Assembly (NCBI GenBank): GCA_964270895.1
Contig: OZ185441.1
Source of the DNA: Podarcis filfolensis
Lineage: Eukaryota
Reading direction: 5' to 3' (one strand)
Length of the DNA: 64,000 nucleotides
The translations under genes and the position numbers were made by a program. Under the pieces are notes generated by a model. The model did not search any database and was not told where the DNA came from. It saw only the letters and a program-made list of their open reading frames with translations. Every line of letters starts with the position of its first letter. Position 1 is the stretch's first letter. Shown here piece by piece: positions 25,787 to 37,762 of the stretch.

Positions 25787-27162
25787 TGTGGAGGATCTTT
25801 GCGTGGACAGGCGGAGTCCCCCAAACCCTGGGCAGCCCCCGAGTGGAATAACAACTCAAGACAACGTGCTATGGGATTAAAATTGGCCACAACTTTATTA
25901 TGTTTCAGATGTAGGTAGACCTTGGCTCAGGCATTGGGCGTTATCCCTCCCAGTCCCCCGCTGGGGATCTGGGAGACATCAGGGTTATCCAGAGTGTGTG
26001 GGGGATGGGCTGGCTCTGGAGAACATATGTTCAAGCAGAGAGCCTGCCCCCCGTTACGCCGCCGTCGCAGGGGAGAGCAATGACAACCTCTAGGCCTACG
26101 GCCAATGCCTCCCCTCAAAACAACCCCTTTAACGGGGAACCCTGTGATCGCTGCCACAAAGAGGAGAGGGCCGTGGCAGATGAAGATGATGGACTATATG
26201 GGATTGGCAGAAATGACTGGCAGAATCCGGGACCAGGGAGAAGAGGCGGTGGAAGAAGATTGGAAGAAATTTAAAGACTATCTACAGAAATATTGCAAAA
26301 TTAATGAATGTTAGTATGATGTTGGATAGAAATTAAGTGGTTTCCAGCTGTAATGCTTTAAGAATATGGAAAAAGGGTATAAATAGGTAAAAAAAGTTAA
26401 TAAGAATATGCAAAAATGAAGTGATAATGGATGAAAATACTGAGTTATAAAATGTCAAGTTATAGAGATAAGATGAATGAAAGAGGGTAAGAATTTGCTG
26501 ATTTGATTATTTAAATGGGAATACAAGAAGGGGAGGTGTGAGGAAGTCAAAGAAACAAGCAAATGAGTTTTAAATTATGAAAAAGAACTGTTTTTAATCT
26601 TTTGTATCTTTTTGTGTGTGTGTGTGTTTACTCTTATTTTTTTCTTGTTTTTCTACTATGTGTTCTTGTATATCTGTTTTTTGTAAAATCTTAATAAATA
26701 TCTCTTAAAAAAAAACAACAAAGAGGAGAGGGGCGTGGGCCACCGCTACACGCCCACCCCTATTTAGGGAAGATAGACTAAAGGATTCCGCCCAAGGCCT
26801 GAAACCGTCAAAGTTGTGACGTTTTGCTATGGGAAAGGCAAAACCTGCCAATGCAGGAAAATTTCTTTCTGGCCCTTCAACAGCGACCTTGATGTAGCAG
26901 TGCTCATGTACCTGTGGAGAAAAGGTTAACCTGCAAAAGAAGGCTTAACTGGCAGGGTGGGAGAAGCTCTGGAGCCAACTGACAATTCCCAGGTAAAATC
27001 CCCCCCCTATTGTGTGGGCAGGGTGGTCCCTCCCCCTATGTGGCCTGATCACCTTGGCAACACCTCCCCAGGCGGGATTGGGCAACTGGCTGAGGTAGGC
27101 AGAGACCTCTGGGTATCCCACCCGGGGAAGGCGAAGCCAAGCCTGTGCTAATGGGAACCACA
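25787..27162 (-). mobile_element. Putative solo LTR (about 0.8 kb) interrupted by an L1 3' end
   Basis: TGTGG...CCACA termini, GC/CpG-rich, minus-strand AATAAA (25894-25899) about 110 bp from the end; TSD unconvincing (atgga/tagga), so boundaries are uncertain. Confidence 0.5.
26173..26717 (+). mobile_element. L1 3' end (last codons of ORF2 plus 3' UTR)
   Basis: WQMKMMDYMGLAEMTGRIRDQGEEAVEEDWKKFKDYLQKYCKINEC* is nearly identical to the end of 1936-2664; TSD acaaagaggagaggg(c/g)cgtgg at 26156-26176 and 26718-26738. Confidence 0.93.
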
Positions 27163-27535
27163 TAGGATCCAGGGGGCTGTGTGCAACCACGCAAAGGGCG
27201 CCCCCCCCCGTTTAATGTGGGGAGCGGTCATTATAAACTAAAGCAACCACCAGCAGTAAGAGTTCTGCCCTAACTGAAAGCAGTTTCAGAGTCATAACCT
27301 GGTGTCACATCCATGCCATATATTTAAAGCACAATTAAAGCTCATATCTTCCTCCAAGGAATCCTGGGAGCCGTAGCCTACCCTCTCATAGAGCTCAAGT
27401 TCCCAGCACACTTAACAAACTACAGAACATGAAAAAAGCAGGTGAAGTGGGTGTTATCAGAAACATAATGAACCTTGAAAAAGGTGTACCAACTGTGGGA
27501 CAGAAAGAACTAAAATAAGCTGAATTATTAAGTTA

Positions 27536-27759
27536 CAGAAAGGTAGCCGTGTTGGTCTGCCATAGTCAAAACAAAAAAAAATTTTTTTTTTCTTCTTTCC
27601 AGTAGCACCTTAAAGACCAACTAAGTTAGTTCTTGGTATGAGCTTTCGTGTGCATGCACACTTCGTCGTGTGCATGCACACGAAAGCTCATACCAAGAAC
27701 TAACTTAGTTGGTCTTTAAGGTGCTACTGGAAAGAATTTTTTTTTTTTTTTTTTTTGTT
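27536..27759. mobile_element. Penelope-like element (PLE) short inverted (fold-back) insertion with truncated hammerhead ribozyme
   Basis: 69-bp perfect inverted repeat (27593-27661 / 27668-27736); contains gtgtgcatgcacac-gaaa-gc-tc-atac (helix II, GAAA, palindromic helix III, cleavage triplet); 16-bp flanking direct repeat ctgaattattaagtta at 27520-27535 and 27760-27775. Confidence 0.8.
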
Positions 27760-28051
27760 CTGAATTATTAAGTTAATCATTAGACTTTTTTAGTGGGGTT
27801 GTTGAGATGGAACAAGGGCTGTATTGGCAAAGATTATTTCAGGTCATAAGGTAGGTAATTGCAGAAAAAGCCAAATCACTGATCTTTTCCCTCACAGTGG
27901 GGGCTATATATATAAGCAACATAATGTCTGAGGTCTCACACATTTTAGCTGGGGCCTCTCCCATAAGCTTCAAAGTACATTTCAGAAAATTGGCAAGCAT
28001 TAGCAGTGGCAGATAGCTTGCTCATGTGAATAGACAATGACTATTCACAAA

Positions 28052-28542
28052 TGTCAGGAGTCCAGTTCCCAGCTTGATAACACAGTAAGCATAGCTAATT
28101 AAAAAGGTGGAGTTATTGCAAAAACAGATAGCTCCGGACGGCTCTAACAAAGCCTCTGACACCATTACTCAAGATGACCCTTCCGAAGCCTCCTTCCGGT
28201 TTCTAAAGAAGATATTGAACTTTTGCCTCTTACGTCTTTTGTTTTGCTTCCTATCTTGTAACCCTCCCATTCGCCGACTTCTTGGACTTAGTGGATCAGC
28301 TCCTGCCTCTTCCCCATTCTTTGAGAGGCTGTCTCTTAACTCTTTCCCACCTATTTGTGCTTCTGGTGAGCTTTGACTGTGTTCTAGCCTGCTCTCCGCT
28401 TCTGTCTTATCAGCTTGCACATCAAGGTCAGGAGTATCAACTGCCTGCTCTCCCCTGTCTAACATCAAAGCAGCCTCTCTGCTCCTGGCTGCTTTCTGCA
28501 TTTGGCTGCAAACCTTCGCTTAGAGCTGGCTCATTCCTGACA
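28052..28542 (-). mobile_element. Solo LTR (Gypsy-like or other LTR retroelement)
   Basis: 8-bp inverted termini tgtcagga...tcctgaca; 5-bp TSD acaaa at 28047-28051 and 28543-28547; 491 bp. Strand inferred from the ORF. Confidence 0.88.
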
Positions 28543-29549
28543 ACAAAGCAGTCCAACATATGGAAAGACAGAAAAAACCATAGGTACCAAGACAGTGAAG
28601 GTCTTCTGACACCTTTGAGAGCTCTGTCAATCACAGAAGGCAATACTGGGCCACATAGACCTGTCATCTGACTCAATATAAGGCAAGCTGTTGACTGCTG
28701 CTGTCAGTAACATCACTCAGCAGCCCCAATGTATCATATAAAACAATTCCAAATAAAAATCAGACTGAGAAGCTATAGAATCTGTAACTATTGGAGCCAC
28801 AACCTTTAAATGTGTGGAGTTGCTCTTTATCTTGTGTCATTATCATGATTGATAAACTTTCTTTTTTATAGTCTATAATCAACTCCTCTTAAGAATAACT
28901 CCTTTGATTAGAAGATTAACCAGCCCACTCAAAATTGAGCAAAATAAAGTATATTGTTTCTTTGACAAATTAATTTACGCCTATGCACTAATTATCCAAA
29001 GTTGAACTTTTGATGAGCACTTGAAGACACTTACATTCTGTGACACTTTAATAAAACATGTTCTATGAAGGGAATCAGGAATGACATTAGCCGTGTCCCT
29101 CAGTGGAACAATAGACACTTGCAGTGTTCCTATCAGTGCAATCGGGCTCTATTTTACATAAGTGTCTCTCCAAGTGGGGTGGAGCCAGTATGCTAAATTC
29201 CTGGCAGGTGGGTTGCTGTTGTCTAATGGGAGGGGAAGGGGCAAGGCAATGGGGATGTCGCCATGGTGCAACAAAGCCAATCTGGTGCACCTCCTGGTGT
29301 GTTTGCAGTGTGGTAACCTCTCTGCCACCTTGCCCCTCTCTCTGAATAAGCAACAGTGATCCATCTGCTGGGATGCTACTATAGTGTAGTATAGTGGTTC
29401 CACCCACATGGTCAGCTGCTGCTGCTGTTTACATATTGTTGCATGTCACTCCAGTCTCTGAGTGATGTAAGGTTCCAGGAGTTTCCTTTTAGGAGTGAGG
29501 CAAAGCAGAGGTTGTGGTGTCTTTAGGATATATAATTTATTTACATATA

Positions 29550-29790
29550 CAATGGTACATCTAGTTACAAACTTAATTCGTTCTGGAGGTCCGTTCTTAG
29601 CCTGAAACTGTTCTTAACTAGAGGCGCGCTTTCGCTAATGGGGCCTCTTGCTGCCGCTGTGCCGCCGACACACGAATTCCATTCTCATCCTGGGACAAAG
29701 TTCTCAACTTGAGGTAACTCTTCCAGGTTAGTGGAGTTTGTAACCTGGAGCGTTTGTAACCTGAGGCATTTGTAACTCGAGGTACCACTG
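29550..29790. mobile_element. Tc1/mariner MITE
   Basis: TIR caatggtac ... gaggtaccactg with TA on both flanks; related to 45229-45470 and 46156-46397. Confidence 0.85.
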
Positions 29791-30554
29791 TATATGCAAC
29801 CTGAGCTTATGATGGAGGGGTTTACAGCATCAACACCCCAAGAGAGTCTTTCCCATAGCTACAGACTTGGATTCAAACAGGCATCCAACATTGCTCTACC
29901 TCTCTAGCTTGCTGCCTTCTTTCTTGGTAACTTCACCTTTGATGATTTGTCCACTTAATGGTCCATTCCCCAAGGCAATCAGCTTATGAGGAAGATATTG
30001 GAGGTTGCTGCCCACACACTTCAGCTGCGCTACTCTGCTAGTATGGTGGCACCTTGGTAAAACCACTTCTCACAGTTTATAGCAGAGTATTTCCCTGGAG
30101 GAAGACGACAAAAACAGTAGCCATCGTCAAATTCCTCAGCCAAGAGCTTCTTCATTGCTTGACTGGTTGCACAAGCATTTCTATTACAAATATATACAAA
30201 CTATTTACATTCTTTCTATATCTCTCCAGCACGGTTTAAACTCTGTGTGTGTGCTTTCTTCGTGCTGAAATTGCAGCCTGCAACTTCCTCCCTTTATTTG
30301 TACCTCCAGCTGACACGTATCAAGCAAAATGTTTATCTGGTTCAGTAACACCTTTCAATGTATTTTAACCACCTGGATAAGACTCAGGTTGGATGCTACC
30401 TTAAGGCAGGAGTGGGGAGACTTTTCTAGCCTGAAGACTACATTCCCTTGAAGGAAACAACTGGGGGCCATAGGCCAGCAGTGAATGGGACCAAAACCAC
30501 ATACACCCCCAATTCACACATATCTACCCACATGCCTCCCATTCATACACTTTT

Positions 30555-30910
30555 ATTTATTTAAGGCATTTATATACTGCATGATTGTTAGCATTTCCAA
30601 ATTGTGTACATAAAATAAACCAGCCAGAATAAAATAAAAACCATCACAAAACCAAAACCAAATGGAAAACCCGAACACTACTTTCAAATGCCTGCTGAAA
30701 TCAGAGTCTTTTTCATGTGCTTGAAGTTCAAGAAGATGCCTGTCTAATCTCAGCTGGGAGGGAGTTCCACAAGCTTGGGATCACTATGCTGAATACACGA
30801 CTTGTAATAGATACCATTCATATATCTGAGCCATGGGGAACCACCAACAGAGACTCCCCCCAAAATCTCAGTGACTGGACAGGGATATAAGGGATCAGGT
30901 GACCCTCAAT
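30555..30910 (-). mobile_element. Old L2-like LINE 3' fragment
   Basis: (TTTA)n-type tail at the left end followed by gggagggagttccacaagcttggg..; recognised by recall only. Confidence 0.5.
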
Positions 30911-31607
30911 ACAATATTATGGAGAACAGGGCTTCCCTTCCTCAATGCCAGCCCCAAAACAACAAGCTGCAGATAGAGGAAGAGAGTGATAATCTATTCC
31001 TGCATCAGCAGCTTATTATGTTTCTGGGCTGGGGGCTGAGAAGCAGGTTTCCCATTCTCAGTAACCCAGCAGAGAAATGTAACAAGCTGTTGATAGAGAA
31101 AGGGTACAATCTCTTCATCTGTTGGCAGCAGAACTGTGGCCATGCCCCTTTCTCCTGACTTACTAGCTGTCTCCCAGTAGTTGGTCAAATGCCCAACTTT
31201 GAAGGACACCCCTCTGTTTTGAAGGGCTGCCAGAGGACAGTCCTCTGTTTGAAGGTGCCCTTTATTTAAGGGCTGCCCTGATCAAGTCTGGTTTAAAAAT
31301 AAGGAAGCATAAATAGGGAGAGCAGTTAGCAGCGCCTGGTCAGCAAAATGGGTAGTCACACAAGTCAACTGGTGTCTTTTCCACTGTGCTGAGATGTGCT
31401 GTATTTCTATTTAAATTATAGTAATTATTTCTAAATTTGGATCTATGCATATAAATTGCCATGTGCCATTTTTATTTTTACTTCTGCAGATTTGTGTTCT
31501 CTTTTGTCCGTGTTTGTGTGTGTGTGTGTGTGTGTGTATGTGTGTTTGCATGTGTGCTGCAAATCATCTTTTATAGTAACATATATCTTGCTACTCTGTT
31601 TCACACC

Positions 31608-32041
31608 TGTAATGGCTTTAGGGGTTGCTTGTGCGTAAGTTACCGCCGCTCTGGGCTAGGTTGCCTGGTTAAACCGTTCCTGTCTGGACAGCCATCCACT
31701 CCGTGGCTGTTCAGTCGCTGGCAGAATCCGTCAGTGGGCGTTTCTTGAACCTCTTCCAGCAAAGAAGTTCTTTGACGCCAAGTCGCCGCCTACTTTCCCT
31801 GCGCGGAAGTCTTCTGCGCAGGGTGGGTGTGGGCAGCGGAGGACCTGTGCTCTCCTCGCTGGTCTCCTGTGAAGAGTCCTGGAGCCTCCTCTCTGCTTCC
31901 CCCATCGGCCCCCCTCTATCCCTGGTGTTGCGCTGATTTTCTTCCCCAGCCGGAGACCTGCCTGTCTCCCTGCTTGGCCCCTCTCCAGCATCACTGTGGA
32001 GCCTCGCCTCCTCCTCTAGTTCCGATGGCAGTTCCCTGACA
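31608..32041 (-). mobile_element. Solo LTR (Gypsy-like or other LTR retroelement)
   Basis: TGT...ACA termini; 5-bp TSD acacc at 31603-31607 and 32042-32046; CpG-rich; 434 bp. Strand inferred from the ORF. Confidence 0.88.
31711..32040 (-). CDS. LTR-internal open frame (109 aa, acidic N-part, Pro/Arg-rich C-part), no Met at its start within the LTR
   Basis: Uninterrupted from LTR base 2 (VRELPSELEEEARL...) to the stop at 31711-31713. Confidence 0.4.
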   Translation of the reverse strand, partial: VRELPSELEEEARLHSDAGEGPSRETGRSPAGEENQRNTRDRGGPMGEAERRLQDSSQETSEESTGPPLPTPTLRRRLPRRESRRRLGVKELLCWKRFKKRPLTDSASD

Positions 32042-32669
32042 ACACCTATCAGCAGAGCAGTGCTGGAGGAATAATTCGCTTTGCCCCCACAACACCCCAC
32101 TCCTCACAGTGCTGATCAGCAGGAAACAGCTGAGCAAGAGGTGAAAGAGAATGGGCCTGCAGACAGGGAATGGCCAAGGACAGAGTGTAGGATCTTGGAG
32201 GAGAGGGTAACAGGCCAGGTGAAGAGGATTGGGGGCTGCATCCAACTGGCAGGCTGAAGGCTCCACCCCATCTCCAACCTTAGGGCAAACTTACAGTGAC
32301 GCTTTTATTCACAGACAGCTGCTTAGTCCTCTCCTAAGGTATGCCTCAGATAGGAATGTAAGAGGCCATTGTTTCCCATTATGCCCTGTATTTGTCACCT
32401 GCAGCACAGTTTCCATTCTGGTGCAGTTTTTCTTCACCTGTTCATCTTTCTGTATGCAGTGAGGAAATGGTAAAACTTATATAAATTACATTGTCATTGT
32501 GTTCTTACATCCCATTCATTTCAATGCAAAGGAAACACAATCAGTTATGTGCCATTTGTGGACTGGAAGCAACAACAACAGCAAATACAAAGTGTACTCA
32601 CTGGATTGATTTCCATTCTGTTTCCATTTTCATTGGAATTCTCCAATGTCCTGGTCTCAGATCTTTCAC

Positions 32670-32710
32670 CCTTCCTTCCTTCCTTCCTTCCTTCCTTCCT
32701 TCCTTCCTTC
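32670..32710. repeat. (CCTT)n microsatellite
   Basis: Direct reading. Confidence 0.95.
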
Positions 32711-33134
32711 CCCAACAGCTTTCCTTGTAAAAGACATACATGAACAGATGAATAAAACATTAAAAACAGCCATGAAACTGTTCATGCATCACAATAAGAC
32801 ACAGTAATCCCTTGGAAAAAATACATTTATAGGAAAGCTTAAACACTCAATCACCCCTTACTGTATGATAACCACCAGCACAGCAGGCCCCCCATAAGTA
32901 AACAATTCCTAAAAAGCAATACACTCCCCAAAGTACCATCCCAGGCCCAAGCCATGCATTTTTCTGCCTGGTTTTGTCCTGGGGTTTGATAGCGTTTCAC
33001 AGATACATTTTGGAACCACAGAGGAAATCCTCCATCTCTGAGTTGGTGGGAAAGATATTTGAAATACCACATCCTCCCCTATAGACCCTCTCATGTGTAA
33101 CACATATCAGCAGAGGGTTGATAGATCCACCAAC

Positions 33135-33135
<1 letters not shown>

Positions 33136-33181
<46 letters not shown>
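33136..33181. repeat. (ATT)n microsatellite
   Basis: Direct reading. Confidence 0.95.
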
Positions 33182-33182
<1 letters not shown>

Positions 33183-33886
33183 GTTTAGAGGGAGGAATAA
33201 AGACTGGAGGCACAGGTTAGGGTCATGTACGTGGCAGGGGAGATAGAATAAGACAGAGCAGGAGGAAGGAGTTTGATTAGTGTTTGCATGGTTTTGTGTG
33301 TGTGTGTCTGTTAGCCAAAACAGTGGCTGCAGGCCTTTAAGTAAAAGCTGCACTGATTTATGATAACTCTCTGCCATTGTTAGAAATTGTTTGTGGGATT
33401 CATCATGTTGCACAAGACTTTACAAGTGAGACAAAGTCCTTTGCTCTTAAATAGTCTTCTCTCCACCCCCTGGTGCTTCAGAATAAAAGAGAATAAGAGA
33501 GAGCAAAACAGAGAGGGAGAGTATGTTATCTTAGATTACAACACTTTCTTAAGTAGAGTTTTAAACTCTGCTATAGTCTACTTAAAAATGGTGGGGTGAG
33601 ATCACTCACTGAGTGCTTCATTTTGTGCAGAGGTCAGATTAAATGATCACCGCAGCTTGATTTCAAATCAATGGGTGAAATCCTACCTTCTTTGGCACAG
33701 AAGCTTCAATGGAGCCAGGCTTGCAAGATTTATGAGTTCTGACATTTACAGAACAGTTATTATCTCATATCAGGTATCTTAACTCTGCCGTATTTACTAG
33801 CACAACATCTAGTGTAGCTGATGATTTGTATTCCATCTGCGTGCCTTATTCCTCTTCTCTCTCTTTCTCTCTTTAATCCAAAACAG

Positions 33887-33992
33887 AAATGAGACTGTCG
33901 TGTGTCTGTATGACACTCCGGGTGTGGAAGCCTTCCAAAAGCCTGAGGAAATTGATGTAACGGAGCAATACTGTTTGAAGATACTGAGATAA
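33887..33992 (+). CDS. Candidate terminal coding exon of an unidentified gene
   Basis: Long pyrimidine tract then aaacag|; phase-1 frame NETVVCLYDTPGVEAFQKPEEIDVTEQYCLKILR*; protein not recognised. Confidence 0.3.
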
Positions 33993-34689
33993 TTTACGAG
34001 AACAAAATATTTACCTGAATAATTATCAGTGCAATATCTTCTCAAATTTTGGACACCTGTTATAAATGAGAGAATATGCGCCCAGAGATGTGACTGATTA
34101 AGGTGGTGTGTGCTGAGCATCTTTATGGAGAGTGCCCTAGTTGTCACTGCGGTGATAAGCCTGTATCTGAGATGCACCACTGGGTACAAACCCCACCGTG
34201 GGCCTTTGCAATATTTTGTTTTAATTAAACTGTAAGATTTCCCAGGTCTTCACCAGTTGCATGACCCTGGTTGAGGTGGAAAGCCAGCCTGATCTGCACC
34301 CATGAGGAAGGAGGGCTGGGTGATTTATTTGTTTCATAAAACTGATTTCATAAAATTTGATGTCTTCCGCTGCTGAGGGAAATCCAGAAGAAGGGCCCAG
34401 CATGCTTACTCTGTTGCTGCTGCAAAGGGAGTAGGTGCCTCTCCCCGCTGTGGCTTGCCCCCAGCACTGCTTGCTTCCACAGCCTGATGGGCAAAGCTGG
34501 CAGTGGTGCTGGTTTCCACTGCCACAAGATCTTGTGAGGTTTTGATGAGATCTCACAATATTTTGATGAGATCTCATTGTAAACCAGAGTGTTCCCATTT
34601 CACCCCAGGCAGCAAAACGGACACACCACCACTGCTGATGGGTCCAGCCCTCAGAGTCATTCCTTATCTCAAAATGTTTGCTCGTGACA

Positions 34690-35057
34690 GTGGACATCCA
34701 GTCAAGCTTAATGTTGGAAAATTTACAGATAAAAGAAAGTATGTATTCACGCAGCGCATAGTCAAATTGTGAAAGTCTAGAAGGTAGTGATTGCCATCAA
34801 CTTGGATGGCTTTAAAAGAGCACTAGACAAATTCATGGCAGAAAGGGCTATCAATCTCTACTAGCCATGATAGCTAGGCTCTACCACCACAGTTGGAGAC
34901 AGAAATATTTCCGAATACCAGTTGCTGGGAATAATGGGAACGGAGAGTGCTCTTGTGCACATGTTCTGCTCACTGGTTTCCCACAGGCATTTGGTTGGCC
35001 ACTGTGAGAGCAGGATGCTAGACTAGATGGGCCATAAGCCTGATTTTCTGTTCTTAT
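34690..35057 (+). mobile_element. CR1 LINE 3' end
   Basis: GHPVKLNVGKFTDKRKYVFTQRIVKL is the CR1 ORF2 C-terminus; 3' UTR ttggccactgtgagagcaggatgctagactagatgggcc. Confidence 0.85.
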
Positions 35058-35588
35058 GAAGAAAACAGTCGAACACTCAGGGTGCAACTCTATGGTTAAT
35101 GGAAGGGTGTTCCAAGGGTCATAGGAAAGATCAAATCCACCCAGCCAGACCCTCCATCTTTACTACTGGGTTCTCTGGTGTCTTGGTTCAACTAACACAG
35201 TAGGGCCAAAAGGGGGCATGTTGGGAGTGTCCCAGGAAGTGGCTAAGTGCAGAAATAGAGCTCAGAGTAAATATTTCAAACTCATTGCTTTTGAATTTAA
35301 TTATTTTTCTCTCTCATTTCCCTATCACAAGTTTACTCTTGTTTAAAAGTATACAGAAGAAAATGTTTCTAGCATATGCAGCAGGATCACGTGGTCCGTC
35401 CTTCAACACAGGTGAGGAAAAGTTGAGTTTGTTTATTTCCTTGCCAACTGTCCAAACTAGTGACACTGTGACATATCAGTGACAGGCAATCTATGTGTGA
35501 ACCAGAGGAGAACAACATCTTATATGAGATGCAAGACATATTCTCACATTTCCAAGCTGCATTTTCTAGTCTGGAGGTGGTAGGTTTC

Positions 35589-35637
35589 TGTGTGTGTGTG
35601 TGTGTACGCGCACACACACACACATGCACACACACAC
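35589..35637. repeat. (TG)n/(CA)n palindromic alternating purine-pyrimidine tract
   Basis: Direct reading. Confidence 0.9.
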
Positions 35638-37494
35638 TACCCAGGTGATGCTTCACATTAAATATTAAATGATACCTATTATTAATTATTAATCAGATTT
35701 TTTTTTTAAGGAAAGGATGATTCATTACTTTGAGAAATTGTCAGTTTGCATCGTTTCCCCAAGTTAAAACTTCTGCCCCCTTTTTGGTTTTTATATGAGT
35801 CTGTATTAGTCTTAAGTTACGATTCTTCAGGTTCTTATCCAGTATAGCTGGAGCCCCCAACATTTCCAACCCAGCGAGCACATTTGGAATTTCGATAAAG
35901 TGCTGTGGTTGCCACTTACAAAATGGTTGCAGTAGGGGCACAACACAAAATTACGTAACAGAATATTGCCTGCTTTGTTTATTGTTTTATGAACTATGCT
36001 GCAGATTTAATATGGGTATATATATTTAATACCCATTTATGATTTAACACTCCAGTTGCGTGGGCAACAGAAATGTAGCCATGCTCACTAATTTGGCCTT
36101 TCTTTTGCACTTAGTGGGAAAAAAATTCTGGGACTAAGAGAGATGCTTGTTTCCTGCCTGCCTGCCTGCCTGCCTGCAATTTTTTAACTGATTTTCAGTA
36201 TATAAACACAGTTATTTATTATAACCCATGAAGCAGGTCTCAAGTTTCCATGCTGACACTGGAAGAGGGAGGTTGGTTAAAGCACATCTCTGAGCAACTG
36301 GATTGGAAGTAGATGATGCCAGCTCAGTCTCATGTGGGTACCAAATATTTTCATCAGCGTGCCCCTGAGATTCCTAATTAGCTATGCGGGAGTTTGCACT
36401 AGCAGGCTAAACCTGAAAGGTCATGTAAGCAGTTAGCCAATGCTTTGAGCCTTGCAGACGCATAGCAAGTTCTGGAATGAGAATACTGCCCAATATATGA
36501 AGCTTGAAATTAGCTATCTCAACCTACTGGGACTGAGACATGATAAATACATTAAATAAAGGGATGGTATTAATAGAGCTGTTATTCCTACAAAGAGAGC
36601 TGCTGTTAAAATTATTAGTGGGGAATTGCATGACCTGATACATCTGAGTGGATGCTATTAACCTCACCACTGGGAAGGTGTTCTGTTCTGCAGCCAAAAA
36701 AGCTTATATTCCATTCCACGAAAAGTGTGATCGGTGTGTTTTAAAATGCTGTGACTTGCAAACTGCTGTTTTAACATGATCCCCCCCCCCCAATTGAATA
36801 GAAAATATCCTATCGTGCTCTGTTAATACAATGAATTTTGTCATCATGGCTAAAATTCTTTTCTTCTTCTTCACAGAGATACACGAAACAAAAATAAATG
36901 TTAAGATTTTACCTGTCATTTTTTTATTTGCTCCAGACAATAATAGCCTACTGCTATGGAACAGTGCTCATATAATAATGTAGTCTACGAAACAGTAGTC
37001 AATATCCGGAATCACTGTTACGTGTTGGACATCATATTTGCTGAATACACAAAGCTTCACAGCTTGTCTTTCATCATACAAAGTCTGGTACCTCGCTGCA
37101 TTTAAAATTTTCAGAGACTTTGAGACTAAAGATTTCATTTTGTACTTGTTATCGTTTGAAGGAATTCTATACAGATTGTCTGTTGCGTATGTACATGGCC
37201 ATCGTGTTGCCTAGACATTGCTGACCAACTGACAGTAGGCTGTCTTGGGATCCAGTACTTGGCATAGAGTGCTACTTCAGCCTGCCCACACTTTTGGTGG
37301 GAAGAATGGGAGCTCTGCAGCAGCAGAGTGATGTAGCAGTACTGCATGGATGGTGGCTGTTGAAATTGTTCTGGGCTGGCTGAAGGAAACATCCTCTCCA
37401 TCCCCTACCAGCACTGCAGACTGGGTGTTTGGATTGTGCCCTTAGTCAGGAAGCAACCTATTGTTAAGATCTTTTTGGAGTTCATACCAATTTG

Positions 37495-37762
37495 TAAGTA
37501 CATAATAGCCTGCTGGATCAGGCCAATGGCCCATCTAGTCCAGCATCCTTTTCTCAGAGTGGACAACCAGGTGCCTGTAGGAAACCCACAAGCAAGGCCC
37601 AAGCACAAGAGCACACTTCCCCCACCCCAGTTTCTAGCAACTGGTATTCAAAAGCATTACTGCCTATAGCCTTGGAAGCAGAACAGAGCCAGCATGTCTA
37701 GTAGCCACTGATAGCCTTATCTTTCGTGAATTTGTCCAGTCCTCTTTGAAAGCTACCCAAGT
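37495..37762 (-). mobile_element. CR1 LINE 3' end
   Basis: Reverse complement of the CR1 3' UTR at 34850-35057 (cccatctagtccagcatcc..). Confidence 0.8.

Noticed and set aside
34221-34697. 158-aa minus-strand ORF
   Set aside because: Runs through decayed repeat sequence, including a small ttttgatgagatctca duplication and the edge of a CR1; no protein signature.
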